A stretch of 64,000 nt of DNA from an uncultured Candidatus Saccharibacteria bacterium (GTDB lineage Bacteria > Patescibacteriota > Doudnabacteria > UBA920): positions 9,846 through 73,845 of the forward strand of contig CAYODY010000003.1 of NCBI GenBank assembly GCA_964402965.1, read 5' to 3'. Positions 47,488 to 56,077 of the stretch are shown in pieces. Position 1 is the first letter of the stretch; each line of letters starts with the position of its first letter. The notes beneath the pieces are model-generated. The model had not been told where the DNA came from. It searched no databases and saw only the letters and a list, made by a program, of their open reading frames with translations. The position numbers and the translations under genes were made by a program.

Positions 47488-47706
47488 ATGGAAGAAAAAA
47501 TACAGAAAATAGTTAATCTGATTCAAGAATCAGATTTGGACCAAACAATTAAGGATATTCTAATACGTGATTTACAAACAGAAGGTCTAACAGACTTTTT
47601 GCGTGAACAAATCAAAGCTTATTGTCTAGAAGGTATTAAAATTATCGACCAACGTCTTGAAGAAGGACGTTATGCATTAGAAGAAACTGAAAATCCAGCC
47701 GAGTAG
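47488..47706 (+). CDS. Small hypothetical protein (72 aa), leaderless (TATAAT is 6 nt before the ATG)
   Basis: TATAAT at 47476..47481, then aaatat, then ATG. Terminator immediately downstream. Confidence 0.35.
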   Translation: MEEKIQKIVNLIQESDLDQTIKDILIRDLQTEGLTDFLREQIKAYCLEGIKIIDQRLEEGRYALEETENPAE

Positions 47707-47722
47707 CTGGATTTTTATTTTA
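47693..47722 (+). terminator. Intrinsic terminator (TCCAGCC-gagta-GCTGGA then TTTTTATTTT)
   Basis: Hairpin plus T-run. Confidence 0.6.
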
Positions 47723-47723
47723 A

Positions 47724-48773
47724 ATGTATACTAATAATATGAACTTTAATTTAGATTATTCAACAAAAGTAATTTTACGCGTTGTAGCTATTGGTTTAGC
47801 ACTAGCGTTTTTGTGGGTTGTGCGTGATTTGGTTGTTACAGTTTTGTTAGCTTTGGTTTTGGCATCGGCTATGGAGCCAATGGTAGACTATTTAAATAAG
47901 AAAAAAATCCCTCGTTCCGTGAGTGTTATTGGTGCATACGTTATAGTTATTGCAATAGTCATTTTAATCGCTTCACTCATGGCTCCTTTGGTCATTGAGC
48001 AAGGAAAATTGTTGGCATCTAATTTACCGATGTACATTGCAGATCTAGAAACAAAGTATCCATCAATTAGTGCATTAATTGGTGGCGCAGATTTGGGAAA
48101 TATTGTGAATAGTGTTTTCTCGGGAGGTGGTGGCGCAGATGCAATATTTAATAGAACTGTCGGAATCTTTAATGGCTTATTCGCTGTGGTTACTGTTTTG
48201 GTTGTATCTTTCTATTTAGTTGCGGCGGACAGGGGAATGAAACATTTCATTCACGATCTTGTTCCTACATCTCAACAAAAGGTTGTAATGAACTTGATAG
48301 AAAAAATTCAACGTAAAATGGGTTTGTGGGTACTTGGGCAATTAATCCTAAGCTTCTTTATTTTCCTTTTAACATACATAGGTCTTTCAATCTTAGGCAT
48401 TAAGTACGCGTTGTTCTTAGCAATCATCGCAGGTCTGCTAGAAATTGTTCCATATATTGGACCGTTCCTGTCTGCAATTCCAGCTGTATTCTTCGCTTTA
48501 ATCCAAAGTCCAGCTTTGGTTATTGGAGTAATTATTCTATATATCATTATTCAAAAAACAGAAGGTTACGTATTGGTTCCTAAAGTTATGGAAAAAACTG
48601 TAGGAACGTCGCCATTGGTCGTAATTTTGGCTTTGTTGGTAGGGTTTAAGTTAGCGGGAATACTTGGCTTGCTGCTTGCTGTGCCGCTCGCAGGGGCAAT
48701 TACTGTCGTTATCCATGAGCTATTCCAAGATAAAGGAGTAACTATGCCAACTGAGACTCAGCCTGATGTTTAA
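47724..48773 (+). CDS. AI-2E family transporter (second paralog)
   Basis: Polytopic. The C-terminal block LLAVPLAGAITVVIHELF is typical of the AI-2E/UPF0118 family. Confidence 0.7.
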   Translation: MYTNNMNFNLDYSTKVILRVVAIGLALAFLWVVRDLVVTVLLALVLASAMEPMVDYLNKKKIPRSVSVIGAYVIVIAIVILIASLMAPLVIEQGKLLASNLPMYIADLETKYPSISALIGGADLGNIVNSVFSGGGGADAIFNRTVGIFNGLFAVVTVLVVSFYLVAADRGMKHFIHDLVPTSQQKVVMNLIEKIQRKMGLWVLGQLILSFFIFLLTYIGLSILGIKYALFLAIIAGLLEIVPYIGPFLSAIPAVFFALIQSPALVIGVIILYIIIQKTEGYVLVPKVMEKTVGTSPLVVILALLVGFKLAGILGLLLAVPLAGAITVVIHELFQDKGVTMPTETQPDV

Positions 48774-48801
48774 TTCTTCGCTTTAAATTACTCTTGCGAT
48801 T

Positions 48802-48830
48802 TTGACAAAGTTTTGCAAATTCCGTATAAT
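48802..48830 (+). promoter_or_regulatory. Perfect consensus sigma-70 promoter TTGACA-N17-TATAAT
   Basis: Both hexamers match consensus with a 17-nt spacer. Followed 6 nt later by an ATG and about 130 nt later by a strong terminator. Confidence 0.6.
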
Positions 48831-48836
48831 ACCATT

Positions 48837-48941
48837 ATGTTAATAAATTGCTCACAAATTCATAACTTAAATATGACCTCCCTTTACGGAGTGGCTGATT
48901 TTTCGTTATTTAACCAAGGCAGTTTTAAAGTATATTTGGAC
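48837..48941 (+). other. Candidate small transcript: sRNA or leaderless 34-aa micro-ORF (MLINCSQIHNLNMTSLYGVADFSLFNQGSFKVYLD)
   Basis: Bounded by a consensus promoter and an intrinsic terminator. Contains a CCTCC/GGAG hairpin. Confidence 0.3.
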
Positions 48942-48964
48942 TAAATTCATTTTAAATTTAAGAC

Positions 48965-48993
48965 AACCTCGGTTAGATAACCGAGGTTTTTTG
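48965..48993 (+). terminator. Intrinsic terminator (AACCTCGGTT-agat-AACCGAGGTT-T6)
   Basis: 10-bp perfect stem plus T-run. Confidence 0.75.
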
Positions 48994-49029
48994 TTATCTA
49001 AGTTTGAATAAAAATATAAGGAGATATAT

Positions 49030-49722
49030 ATGATAGAAGAAGTAGTGGCTTCGAAAGTAGAAAGCACGAAAGTGTTTTGTTATGAGGGTTTGCTGGTCAG
49101 GCTTCGTCCACAGAATGTGGAAACAGATTTTGACCAAGTCATGAAGTGGGTGAATGATCCAGAAATTACAAAATTTCTGAAAATTAACCCGCCGATTACC
49201 AGAGAAGATGAGATGCAGTATTTTCAAAGTAAAGTAGGAAAAAACAACGAGGCGTTGTTTGCCATCGATACTTTGGACGGCGAATTCATCGGCAACATGG
49301 GAATTCACAATATTAATTGGAGATCTCGTGAAGGCGGAACTGGTTCGCTCATCGGAAACAAAGAGTATTGGGGCAAAGGTTACGGCGCCGACGCGAAAAT
49401 GTTGGTTTTGTACCACGCTTTCTACTGTTTGGGTTTGCATCGGATTAGTTCTTCTGTTTACGACTTCAATGGTCGTAGTTATAGTTGTTTGGAAAAAACC
49501 GGATACGTCCGCGAGGGTGTGAAGCGAAATTCGATATTCGCCGAGGGGAAATTCCATGACAGATATATGTACGGCATTCTCGAAGATGAGTTCAAGGCAA
49601 TCTGGCCAGGTTACAAAGAAATCATCGATTTGTCTGGCGAGCTTTCTAAAGACGAGATCTCTGAGCGAGCAAAGAGTTTCTTTAAAGATGTGCGCGAAAA
49701 AAACCTCGCAGATCAATTGTAA
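49030..49722 (+). CDS. GNAT-family N-acetyltransferase (RimJ/RimL-like)
   Basis: RBS AAGGAGA. GNAT motif A region (IGNKEYWGKGYGADA). The larger antisense ORF on the minus strand is rejected. Confidence 0.65.
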   Translation: MIEEVVASKVESTKVFCYEGLLVRLRPQNVETDFDQVMKWVNDPEITKFLKINPPITREDEMQYFQSKVGKNNEALFAIDTLDGEFIGNMGIHNINWRSREGGTGSLIGNKEYWGKGYGADAKMLVLYHAFYCLGLHRISSSVYDFNGRSYSCLEKTGYVREGVKRNSIFAEGKFHDRYMYGILEDEFKAIWPGYKEIIDLSGELSKDEISERAKSFFKDVREKNLADQL

Positions 49723-49828
49723 ACTAAATGTCCGAGTCTACAACTTAAGGCGTGTTTTAACGAACATGCCTTTTTCTTTTGCTATTTTATTGTTTGAGCT
49801 AAAACCTAGAAAAAGCTATAATTAAGCC

Positions 49829-51274
49829 ATGGAAAACAATACAACAACCGAAAAATACTATATTACAACAGCAATTGACTACATTAACGGCAAACCGCAT
49901 ATTGGCCATTCTTATGAAAAAGTAGCAGCAGATGTTTTAGCGCGTTTTCATCGTCAAAAAATTGGTAAAGAAAATGTACGTTTTTTGACAGGTACAGATG
50001 AACACGGTGCGAAGATAGAAAAGTTTGCTCAAACTGCAAATGTGCCAATTGAAAAATTTGCTGATGATGCTTCTGCTGGTTTTAAACTTGCATGGGACAA
50101 CTTAGACATTTCGTATGATAGATTCATTCGTACTACTGACGCTGATCATAATCAAAAAGTTCAAGAAATAGTAACAAAAATTCGAGATAACGGTTTTTTG
50201 TACGAAGCGGATTATGAAGGGTTGTATTGTGTTGGGCACGAAGCTTTTTTAACAGAGAAAGATTTAATAGATGGACTTTGTCCTGATCATAAAGTTGCGC
50301 CAGAACTTATTAAAGAAAAAAATTGGTTCCTTAAAGTTTCTGCTTTCACAGATACAATTAAAAATAAAATTGAGTCTGGAGAATTTCAAATTTATCCTGA
50401 ACATGCAAAGAAAGAAATTCTTAGTATGTTGAACGAAGGTTTTAACGACATAGCAGCGACTCGTCCAAACGTAAAGTGGGGGGTCACAGTACCTTGGGAT
50501 GCTGAACAAACTATTTATGTTTGGGTTGATGCTTTAATTAATTATGTAACAGGTGCTACTTCTGAATCTGGCACAGATTTTTGGCCAGCAAATCTGCATG
50601 TAATTGGTCCAGATATCGCAAAGTTTCATTGTATTATTTGGCCTGCATTACTACTCGCTGCAGGTTTGGAAATTCCAAAAGGAGTTGCGGTACATGGTTT
50701 TCTAACATTGAATAACCAAAAAATTTCTAAGACAACAGGAAATATTATTGATCCAAATGATTGGGTGGAAAAGTATGGTGCCGATGCAGTGCGATATTTT
50801 CTACTTCGCGAAACTCCATTCGATGCACATGGCGATGTAAGTGAAGAAAAACTTCGTGCGCGTTATGAAGGAGATTTAGCAAACGGTTTAGGAAATTTGG
50901 TTAGTCGCATTACAACTTTGGTTGAAAAGAATTTAGATGGCGTGGTTCCTGGTGGCACAACTCCTGAGCAAGAATACATTCCAACAAAAATTGATAACTT
51001 AATTACAAGCTACAAATTTCACGAAGCTTTGGCTGAAATCTGGACCGAAGTGGCGAAGGCAAATAAAATAGTAGATGAAACAAAACTCTGGGAATTACCT
51101 AAAACAGATATGGATGAGTTTGCACGCGTGACTAAGGAAGTGTTAGTTATTATTGAGAATGTTGCAAAACAGTTATTGCCATTTATTCCAACGAGCGCTC
51201 AGAAAATCTTAGACTCAGTGACTGCTGAAAAGATTGTTAAAGCCCAAGCATTGTTTCCAAGAATAGAAAATTAA
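49829..51274 (+). CDS. metG: Methionine--tRNA ligase (short form lacking the C-terminal tRNA-binding domain)
   Basis: HIGH motif (KPHIGHSY) and KMSKS motif (KISKT). Class I anticodon-binding domain. Confidence 0.85.
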   Translation: MENNTTTEKYYITTAIDYINGKPHIGHSYEKVAADVLARFHRQKIGKENVRFLTGTDEHGAKIEKFAQTANVPIEKFADDASAGFKLAWDNLDISYDRFIRTTDADHNQKVQEIVTKIRDNGFLYEADYEGLYCVGHEAFLTEKDLIDGLCPDHKVAPELIKEKNWFLKVSAFTDTIKNKIESGEFQIYPEHAKKEILSMLNEGFNDIAATRPNVKWGVTVPWDAEQTIYVWVDALINYVTGATSESGTDFWPANLHVIGPDIAKFHCIIWPALLLAAGLEIPKGVAVHGFLTLNNQKISKTTGNIIDPNDWVEKYGADAVRYFLLRETPFDAHGDVSEEKLRARYEGDLANGLGNLVSRITTLVEKNLDGVVPGGTTPEQEYIPTKIDNLITSYKFHEALAEIWTEVAKANKIVDETKLWELPKTDMDEFARVTKEVLVIIENVAKQLLPFIPTSAQKILDSVTAEKIVKAQALFPRIEN

Positions 51275-51298
51275 CAACGCATAATTTAAATCTCAAGA

Positions 51299-52165
51299 AT
51301 GAATCTCATAGACACACATACTCATGTAAATTTGCGTGCGTTTAATGACGACGCTGAAGAAACTATTCAACGCTCTCTCGATGCTGGTGTAGTCGTTGTT
51401 AATGTTGGTACGCAAATAGATACAAGTCGACAAGCAGTAGCTCTATTAGAAAAATTTCCAGAGAATGTGTACGCAGTTGTAGGACTGCATCCATCTCATA
51501 CATTCGCACACGATTTTGAAGACGACTCGGAAGTGAAGTTTAAAACTCGAGAAGAACATTTCAATACGGAAATTTACCGCGCGCTCATCAACGACAGCGG
51601 CAATGCAAAACGAATAGTTGGTATAGGGGAGTGCGGGTTGGATTACTACAGACTTCCTGAAGATCGAGATCATGAAGAAATTAAGCAATTGCAACGCACT
51701 GCTTTTGACGAACAAATCAAACTCGCGCTTGAGTTAGACAAAGCACTTTGTGTTCACTGTAGACCGAGTGGAGAAACTCAGGATGCTTACGAGGACTTGT
51801 TAGAAATTATTCGCCAAGTAAAAATACAAAATCCAAATTTGCGTTTTGAAGTTCACTGCTATACTGGTAATTTAGAAAATGCCAAAAAGTTCATTGAGCT
51901 TGGAGGTTACATTGGTTTGAATGGAATTATTACTTTTGATAAGTCAGGACGCAGTGAAGAAGTTGTGAAAGGCATTCCTCTGAGTGCGATAATTTTAGAA
52001 ACCGATGCTCCATACTTAACACCTAAATCACATCGAGGACAACGTAATGAGCCTTCTTACCTTCCAGAGGTGGCAGAAAAAATTGCTGAGTGGAAGGATG
52101 TTACTTTAGAAGAGGTTGCTCAGACAACAACAGATAACGCGAAAAAACTTTTCAGTTTGCCATAA
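51299..52165 (+). CDS. tatD: TatD-family metal-dependent hydrolase/DNase
   Basis: IDTHTHVN N-terminal motif and conserved His/Glu/Asp pattern (GECGLDY, HCR, ETDAPY). Confidence 0.8.
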   Translation: MNLIDTHTHVNLRAFNDDAEETIQRSLDAGVVVVNVGTQIDTSRQAVALLEKFPENVYAVVGLHPSHTFAHDFEDDSEVKFKTREEHFNTEIYRALINDSGNAKRIVGIGECGLDYYRLPEDRDHEEIKQLQRTAFDEQIKLALELDKALCVHCRPSGETQDAYEDLLEIIRQVKIQNPNLRFEVHCYTGNLENAKKFIELGGYIGLNGIITFDKSGRSEEVVKGIPLSAIILETDAPYLTPKSHRGQRNEPSYLPEVAEKIAEWKDVTLEEVAQTTTDNAKKLFSLP

Positions 52166-52204
52166 GTTAATTTACGATCAGATCCAAATTAGATATTCAA
52201 AAAT

Positions 52205-52906
52205 ATGAATGAATTAGATAAGCCCAACAATACAGACTTAATAAGTGAGTTCAAACATACTCTTGAACAAAAATATGAACAAAAACAAGATGGTACTCTC
52301 GAATCCCCATTTTTAGATAGCAATTTAAACCGAGCTGAGGCTGTAGAGAGTATTTTAGAACATGACGAAACTTGCCCTCAAGAAATTATTGAAAGACAAG
52401 AAATTGTCTCGGTCAAGTATGTATCATTTGATGATAATTATCATGAAGGGCAAATTGTGGTAGATAAAAGTTTATCTGCGGACGTAAAGGATTTTTTTAA
52501 ACTGTTGTTAGAATTAAAATTTCCAGTTCAGAGTGTAATCCCAATTGTAAAATTTGGTTGGGTAGATATAAGTTCAATGGAAGCAAATAATAGCTCTGCA
52601 TTTAATTTTAGACTAAAAGAAGGTAACGAGGAAACTAAACACGAAATTTCGAATCATGGCTATGGTTTCGCAATGGATATTAACCCAAAGTTAAATCCAG
52701 TGTTCAAATGGGTTGGTGAAGGTGCGGATAGACAAGAAGTAAAAGAGCCAAACAATGGAAAGTATAATATCGAAAATAATGGAACGTTTTTTGCAGATCA
52801 CCCAGCCGTACAATTTATGAAAGAACGTGGGTGGACCTGGGGCGGTGACTGGACTTCATTAAAAGATTATCATCATTTTGAAAAAATAATAAATTATAAT
52901 AATTAA
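52205..52906 (+). CDS. Peptidase M15 (VanY/D-Ala-D-Ala carboxypeptidase-like LAS metallopeptidase)
   Basis: SNHGYGFAMDINP and GWTWGGDW...DYHHFE zinc-ligand motifs. Confidence 0.55.
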   Translation: MNELDKPNNTDLISEFKHTLEQKYEQKQDGTLESPFLDSNLNRAEAVESILEHDETCPQEIIERQEIVSVKYVSFDDNYHEGQIVVDKSLSADVKDFFKLLLELKFPVQSVIPIVKFGWVDISSMEANNSSAFNFRLKEGNEETKHEISNHGYGFAMDINPKLNPVFKWVGEGADRQEVKEPNNGKYNIENNGTFFADHPAVQFMKERGWTWGGDWTSLKDYHHFEKIINYNN

Positions 52907-52916
52907 ACTAAAATAT

Positions 52917-53309
52917 ATGAATGGATACATTGCAAATATCGAGGATCTTACATTAAAAAATGAAGATTTTCGCCGTGTACTATACACAGGTAAAAATAGT
53001 CAATTAGTTTTGATGAGTATTGCATTAGGGGAAGATATTGGAGAAGAAACTCATCATCTTGATCAATTCTTACGCTTTGAAAAAGGCCAAGGAAAAGTTA
53101 TTTTAGACGGCGTAGAATCTGCTGTAGAAGATGGTTCCGCAGTTGTAATCCCTGCAGGAACTAAACATAATGTAATTAATGTTGGAGAAGAACCTTTGAA
53201 ACTTTATTCAATTTACTCACCACCTGAGCATAAAGATGGAGTTGTTCATCATACAAAAGCTGATGCTCTTGCCAATGAAGAACATTTTGATGGTAAAACA
53301 ACTGAGTAA
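52917..53309 (+). CDS. Cupin-domain protein
   Basis: Cupin motifs (GEETHHLDQF ... VVIPAGTKHNVINVGEEPLKLYSIY). Confidence 0.6.
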   Translation: MNGYIANIEDLTLKNEDFRRVLYTGKNSQLVLMSIALGEDIGEETHHLDQFLRFEKGQGKVILDGVESAVEDGSAVVIPAGTKHNVINVGEEPLKLYSIYSPPEHKDGVVHHTKADALANEEHFDGKTTE

Positions 53310-53395
53310 TTTGAACTTTACGATCTGATATAATATAGACACTAGTTGTTTGAAAAAAATCAACTTTTGTATTGAAATAAAAATAATAAAACAAA

Positions 53396-54544
53396 ATGCT
53401 CTTTCATTTTCATCTACCGCATTACTTTGGTGCTAAAATCCGCAAAGAAATAGAACACCTATACGCCGCTGTTGCTATTGGGAACTTGGCAATGGCAATT
53501 ATTACTCTGTTTGAACCGATTTTCCTGTACCAAGTAGTAGGTCTTTCTATTCCAGAAATATTAATGTTTTTCGTGGCAGTTTATGCCTTGTATGCGTTAA
53601 TAGTCCCGTTGGGTGGTAAATTTGCTGCAAGATTTGGTTATGCTCATTCAATTTTCTTCAGCATACCATTCCAGATTCTCTATTGGTTTTTAATTCTTGC
53701 TGCACAAAAAGATGCTCTGTTCTTAATTCCAGCAGCAATTGTTTTTGCTATCCAAAAAAGTTTGTATTGGCCATCGCTTCATGCTACTATGGCGCGTTTT
53801 TCAAAAAGTACCCAACGCGGTAGGGAATTTAGCATGATGTATGCCATTATGAATCTGATGCAGATCATTGGTCCGATGATCGGTGGTTTCCTTTCAGCAG
53901 TACTAGGGATTCAATCTATTTTTATTATCGCATCTATTATTTACTTCTGTTCCGCAGTTCCACTTCTTTGGTCACGTGAACGTTTTCAACCAAAACCATA
54001 CAAGTTCCACGATACTGTAGATTTGTACAAAAAATATACTGCAAAGTTTTTGGGTTTCTTTGGGTTTGGTGAAGAGCTTTTGGTGCTGACTATTTGGCCA
54101 ATCTTTATTTTCACTATAATTAAGAACTATCAAGATACTGGCGCTCTTGTAACGGTGGCGACTTTGGTGGCAACAGGTTTGGCGCTTTACATTGGTTTCT
54201 TTACAGATAAGCATAGCAAAGAGTCTCTACTGAAAGCGGGGACTTTAATATACGCTCTTACATGGCTTGCTCGCGTGCCAATAATTTCGCCATTTGCGGT
54301 TTTCATTGCCGATGCGCTATCTAGAACCACAAAGAGTTTGGTGTTCATTCCAACATCTGCTTTAACTTACGAACGAGCAGAACAAACGCATATAATGCCC
54401 TATGTAATTGGGGTTGAACAGGTTTTGGCAATAGGGAAGATGCTTGCTGCGATAGTAGGAATAATAATTTTCTCTGCAACAGGTAGTTTTGTAGCATTGT
54501 TCATTGCTGGTGCCATTTTCTCGCTATTTTACTTTTTAATTTAA
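53396..54544 (+). CDS. MFS transporter
   Basis: About 12 TM helices. MFS loop motif between TM2 and TM3 (GGKFAARFGY). Confidence 0.6.
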   Translation: MLFHFHLPHYFGAKIRKEIEHLYAAVAIGNLAMAIITLFEPIFLYQVVGLSIPEILMFFVAVYALYALIVPLGGKFAARFGYAHSIFFSIPFQILYWFLILAAQKDALFLIPAAIVFAIQKSLYWPSLHATMARFSKSTQRGREFSMMYAIMNLMQIIGPMIGGFLSAVLGIQSIFIIASIIYFCSAVPLLWSRERFQPKPYKFHDTVDLYKKYTAKFLGFFGFGEELLVLTIWPIFIFTIIKNYQDTGALVTVATLVATGLALYIGFFTDKHSKESLLKAGTLIYALTWLARVPIISPFAVFIADALSRTTKSLVFIPTSALTYERAEQTHIMPYVIGVEQVLAIGKMLAAIVGIIIFSATGSFVALFIAGAIFSLFYFLI

Positions 54545-54625
54545 AATTTAGACTTATCCACAAGGCAAGACTGCATTTTTGAGTGAATTGATATAATTAA
54601 AGTGACTAAAATTAATAAATAAAAT

Positions 54626-54856
54626 ATGAATGATCCAAAGAAATTAAAAATTGCCATTGTGGTAGTTATTGTTTTGGGAATAGCTATTGGTGGTGTGTTT
54701 GCGTATAAATATGAAAGACTAAATTCTTCTGTCGCGGCATTTTCCGAAAATATTCAAGGAGTGAAAACTAGTGACGAAGCTAAGCAGGAAGTTAAAAATT
54801 TATTAGAAACTACAAATACAGGTGGTACTCCAGTAGCCAATACGTCAATTAAATAA
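54626..54856 (+). CDS. Small membrane-anchored protein, paralogous to the N-terminus of the following gene
   Basis: TM helix followed by a conserved block (NSSVAAFSENIQGVKTSDEAKQ against NAKVLAFSDVIQQVKTDTDAKI in the next gene). Confidence 0.45.
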   Translation: MNDPKKLKIAIVVVIVLGIAIGGVFAYKYERLNSSVAAFSENIQGVKTSDEAKQEVKNLLETTNTGGTPVANTSIK

Positions 54857-54862
54857 AAGTTT

Positions 54863-55999
54863 ATGAAATCTCAAAAAGACAATACAAGGGAAGTAAGACA
54901 ACTACAAATAGTACTGGGGATAGTAACTTTAATAGCGTTGGTTTTTGTTGGAACGTATATTTGCCGATTCCGTAGTTTGAATGCTAAAGTTTTGGCATTT
55001 TCTGATGTTATTCAACAGGTTAAGACAGATACTGATGCAAAGATCGCAGTTGCTGTATTTTTTAAACAAACAGCTTCAAATACTGGAGCGCTTACATCTC
55101 AGGCTTTTTCAGCTTTAAGGTATGGAGGGGAGTGCATCTCTTTCTACCAAGACACTGCTACATGTTGGAAGAACGCTTCTCAAATACAAAATTTAGAAAT
55201 AGTTCAAGGTATAGGCGGTATTCCTGCGTTAGGAGATCCATCAATAAATGACTATTGTGCGATGTTTCCAAATCTTTTAGATATGTGCAGAATAACTAAT
55301 TCGTCTACAAGTAGTTCTTCAGACTTAACTCCTGCTCCTTGTTATTACACTGATGAAGGGTGTGGTGGAGAAGATGAAGGTACAAATAATAATCAAGATA
55401 CTAGTGATACTCCATATTGTGGTGGTTCTGATTCAGGTGATATGCCAGATAGCTGTTGGCCTGATAATTACAGTAGTGGTAATTGGATATATCCATCTAA
55501 TATTGAAGATTTTATGCCGCAAGCTTCAAATACAAATAATAACGTACAACCTCCTCAGAATATGACGGAAGAATGTTATGTATATGGGAATTGCAGTACA
55601 TCTAATCAAAATCAATCTGCAAATAACAATACTCCTACAACCGCTTCGCATGATACATCTGCACAAAATTTATGGTTTAATCCAATCGCCCCACAAGAAA
55701 ATTCTCATTCAAACAGTCAAACACAAACAACAACAAATCAATCTTCTGGTAACTCAGGTGGGTTTTGGAATACTTTTTCGAACAGTATTAGTTCTATATT
55801 TAGTGGGTTGTTTAATAATAATTCGCCAACGATTGTTACACCACCTATTGTTGTACCGGCAACACCAAATTCAACTACCACTACACCAAGTGGTTCAACA
55901 ACTGTGCCGTCAAATGTCCCTGTAAGTGTATCCAGTACAGATTCGTCCTGTAAGGTTTGGGTTTTTAGACACGGAACCTGGTTTTGTACAAATCACTAG
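54863..55999 (+). CDS. Membrane-anchored surface protein with a Cys-rich, N/S/T/Q-rich low-complexity extracellular region
   Basis: N-terminal TM helix, then 12 or more Cys and long polar low-complexity tracts. Strong terminator downstream. Confidence 0.5.
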   Translation: MKSQKDNTREVRQLQIVLGIVTLIALVFVGTYICRFRSLNAKVLAFSDVIQQVKTDTDAKIAVAVFFKQTASNTGALTSQAFSALRYGGECISFYQDTATCWKNASQIQNLEIVQGIGGIPALGDPSINDYCAMFPNLLDMCRITNSSTSSSSDLTPAPCYYTDEGCGGEDEGTNNNQDTSDTPYCGGSDSGDMPDSCWPDNYSSGNWIYPSNIEDFMPQASNTNNNVQPPQNMTEECYVYGNCSTSNQNQSANNNTPTTASHDTSAQNLWFNPIAPQENSHSNSQTQTTTNQSSGNSGGFWNTFSNSISSIFSGLFNNNSPTIVTPPIVVPATPNSTTTTPSGSTTVPSNVPVSVSSTDSSCKVWVFRHGTWFCTNH

Positions 56000-56009
56000 C
56001 CGCAAATAC

Positions 56010-56037
56010 AAAAACCTCCCTCACTGGGAGGTTTTTT
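56010..56037 (+). terminator. Intrinsic terminator (AAAACCTCCC-tcact-GGGAGGTT-T6)
   Basis: 8-bp GC stem plus T-run. Confidence 0.75.
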
Positions 56038-56077
56038 GATATAATGTAATCACGTATCTTAACCAACTCAAAACCGC

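Noticed and set aside
48994-49716. 240-aa ORF on the minus strand, fully antisense to the GNAT acetyltransferase gene
   Set aside because: The plus-strand ORF has an RBS, GNAT motifs and a terminator. The minus-strand frame is a mirror artefact of the relatively GC-rich coding sequence and has no start context.
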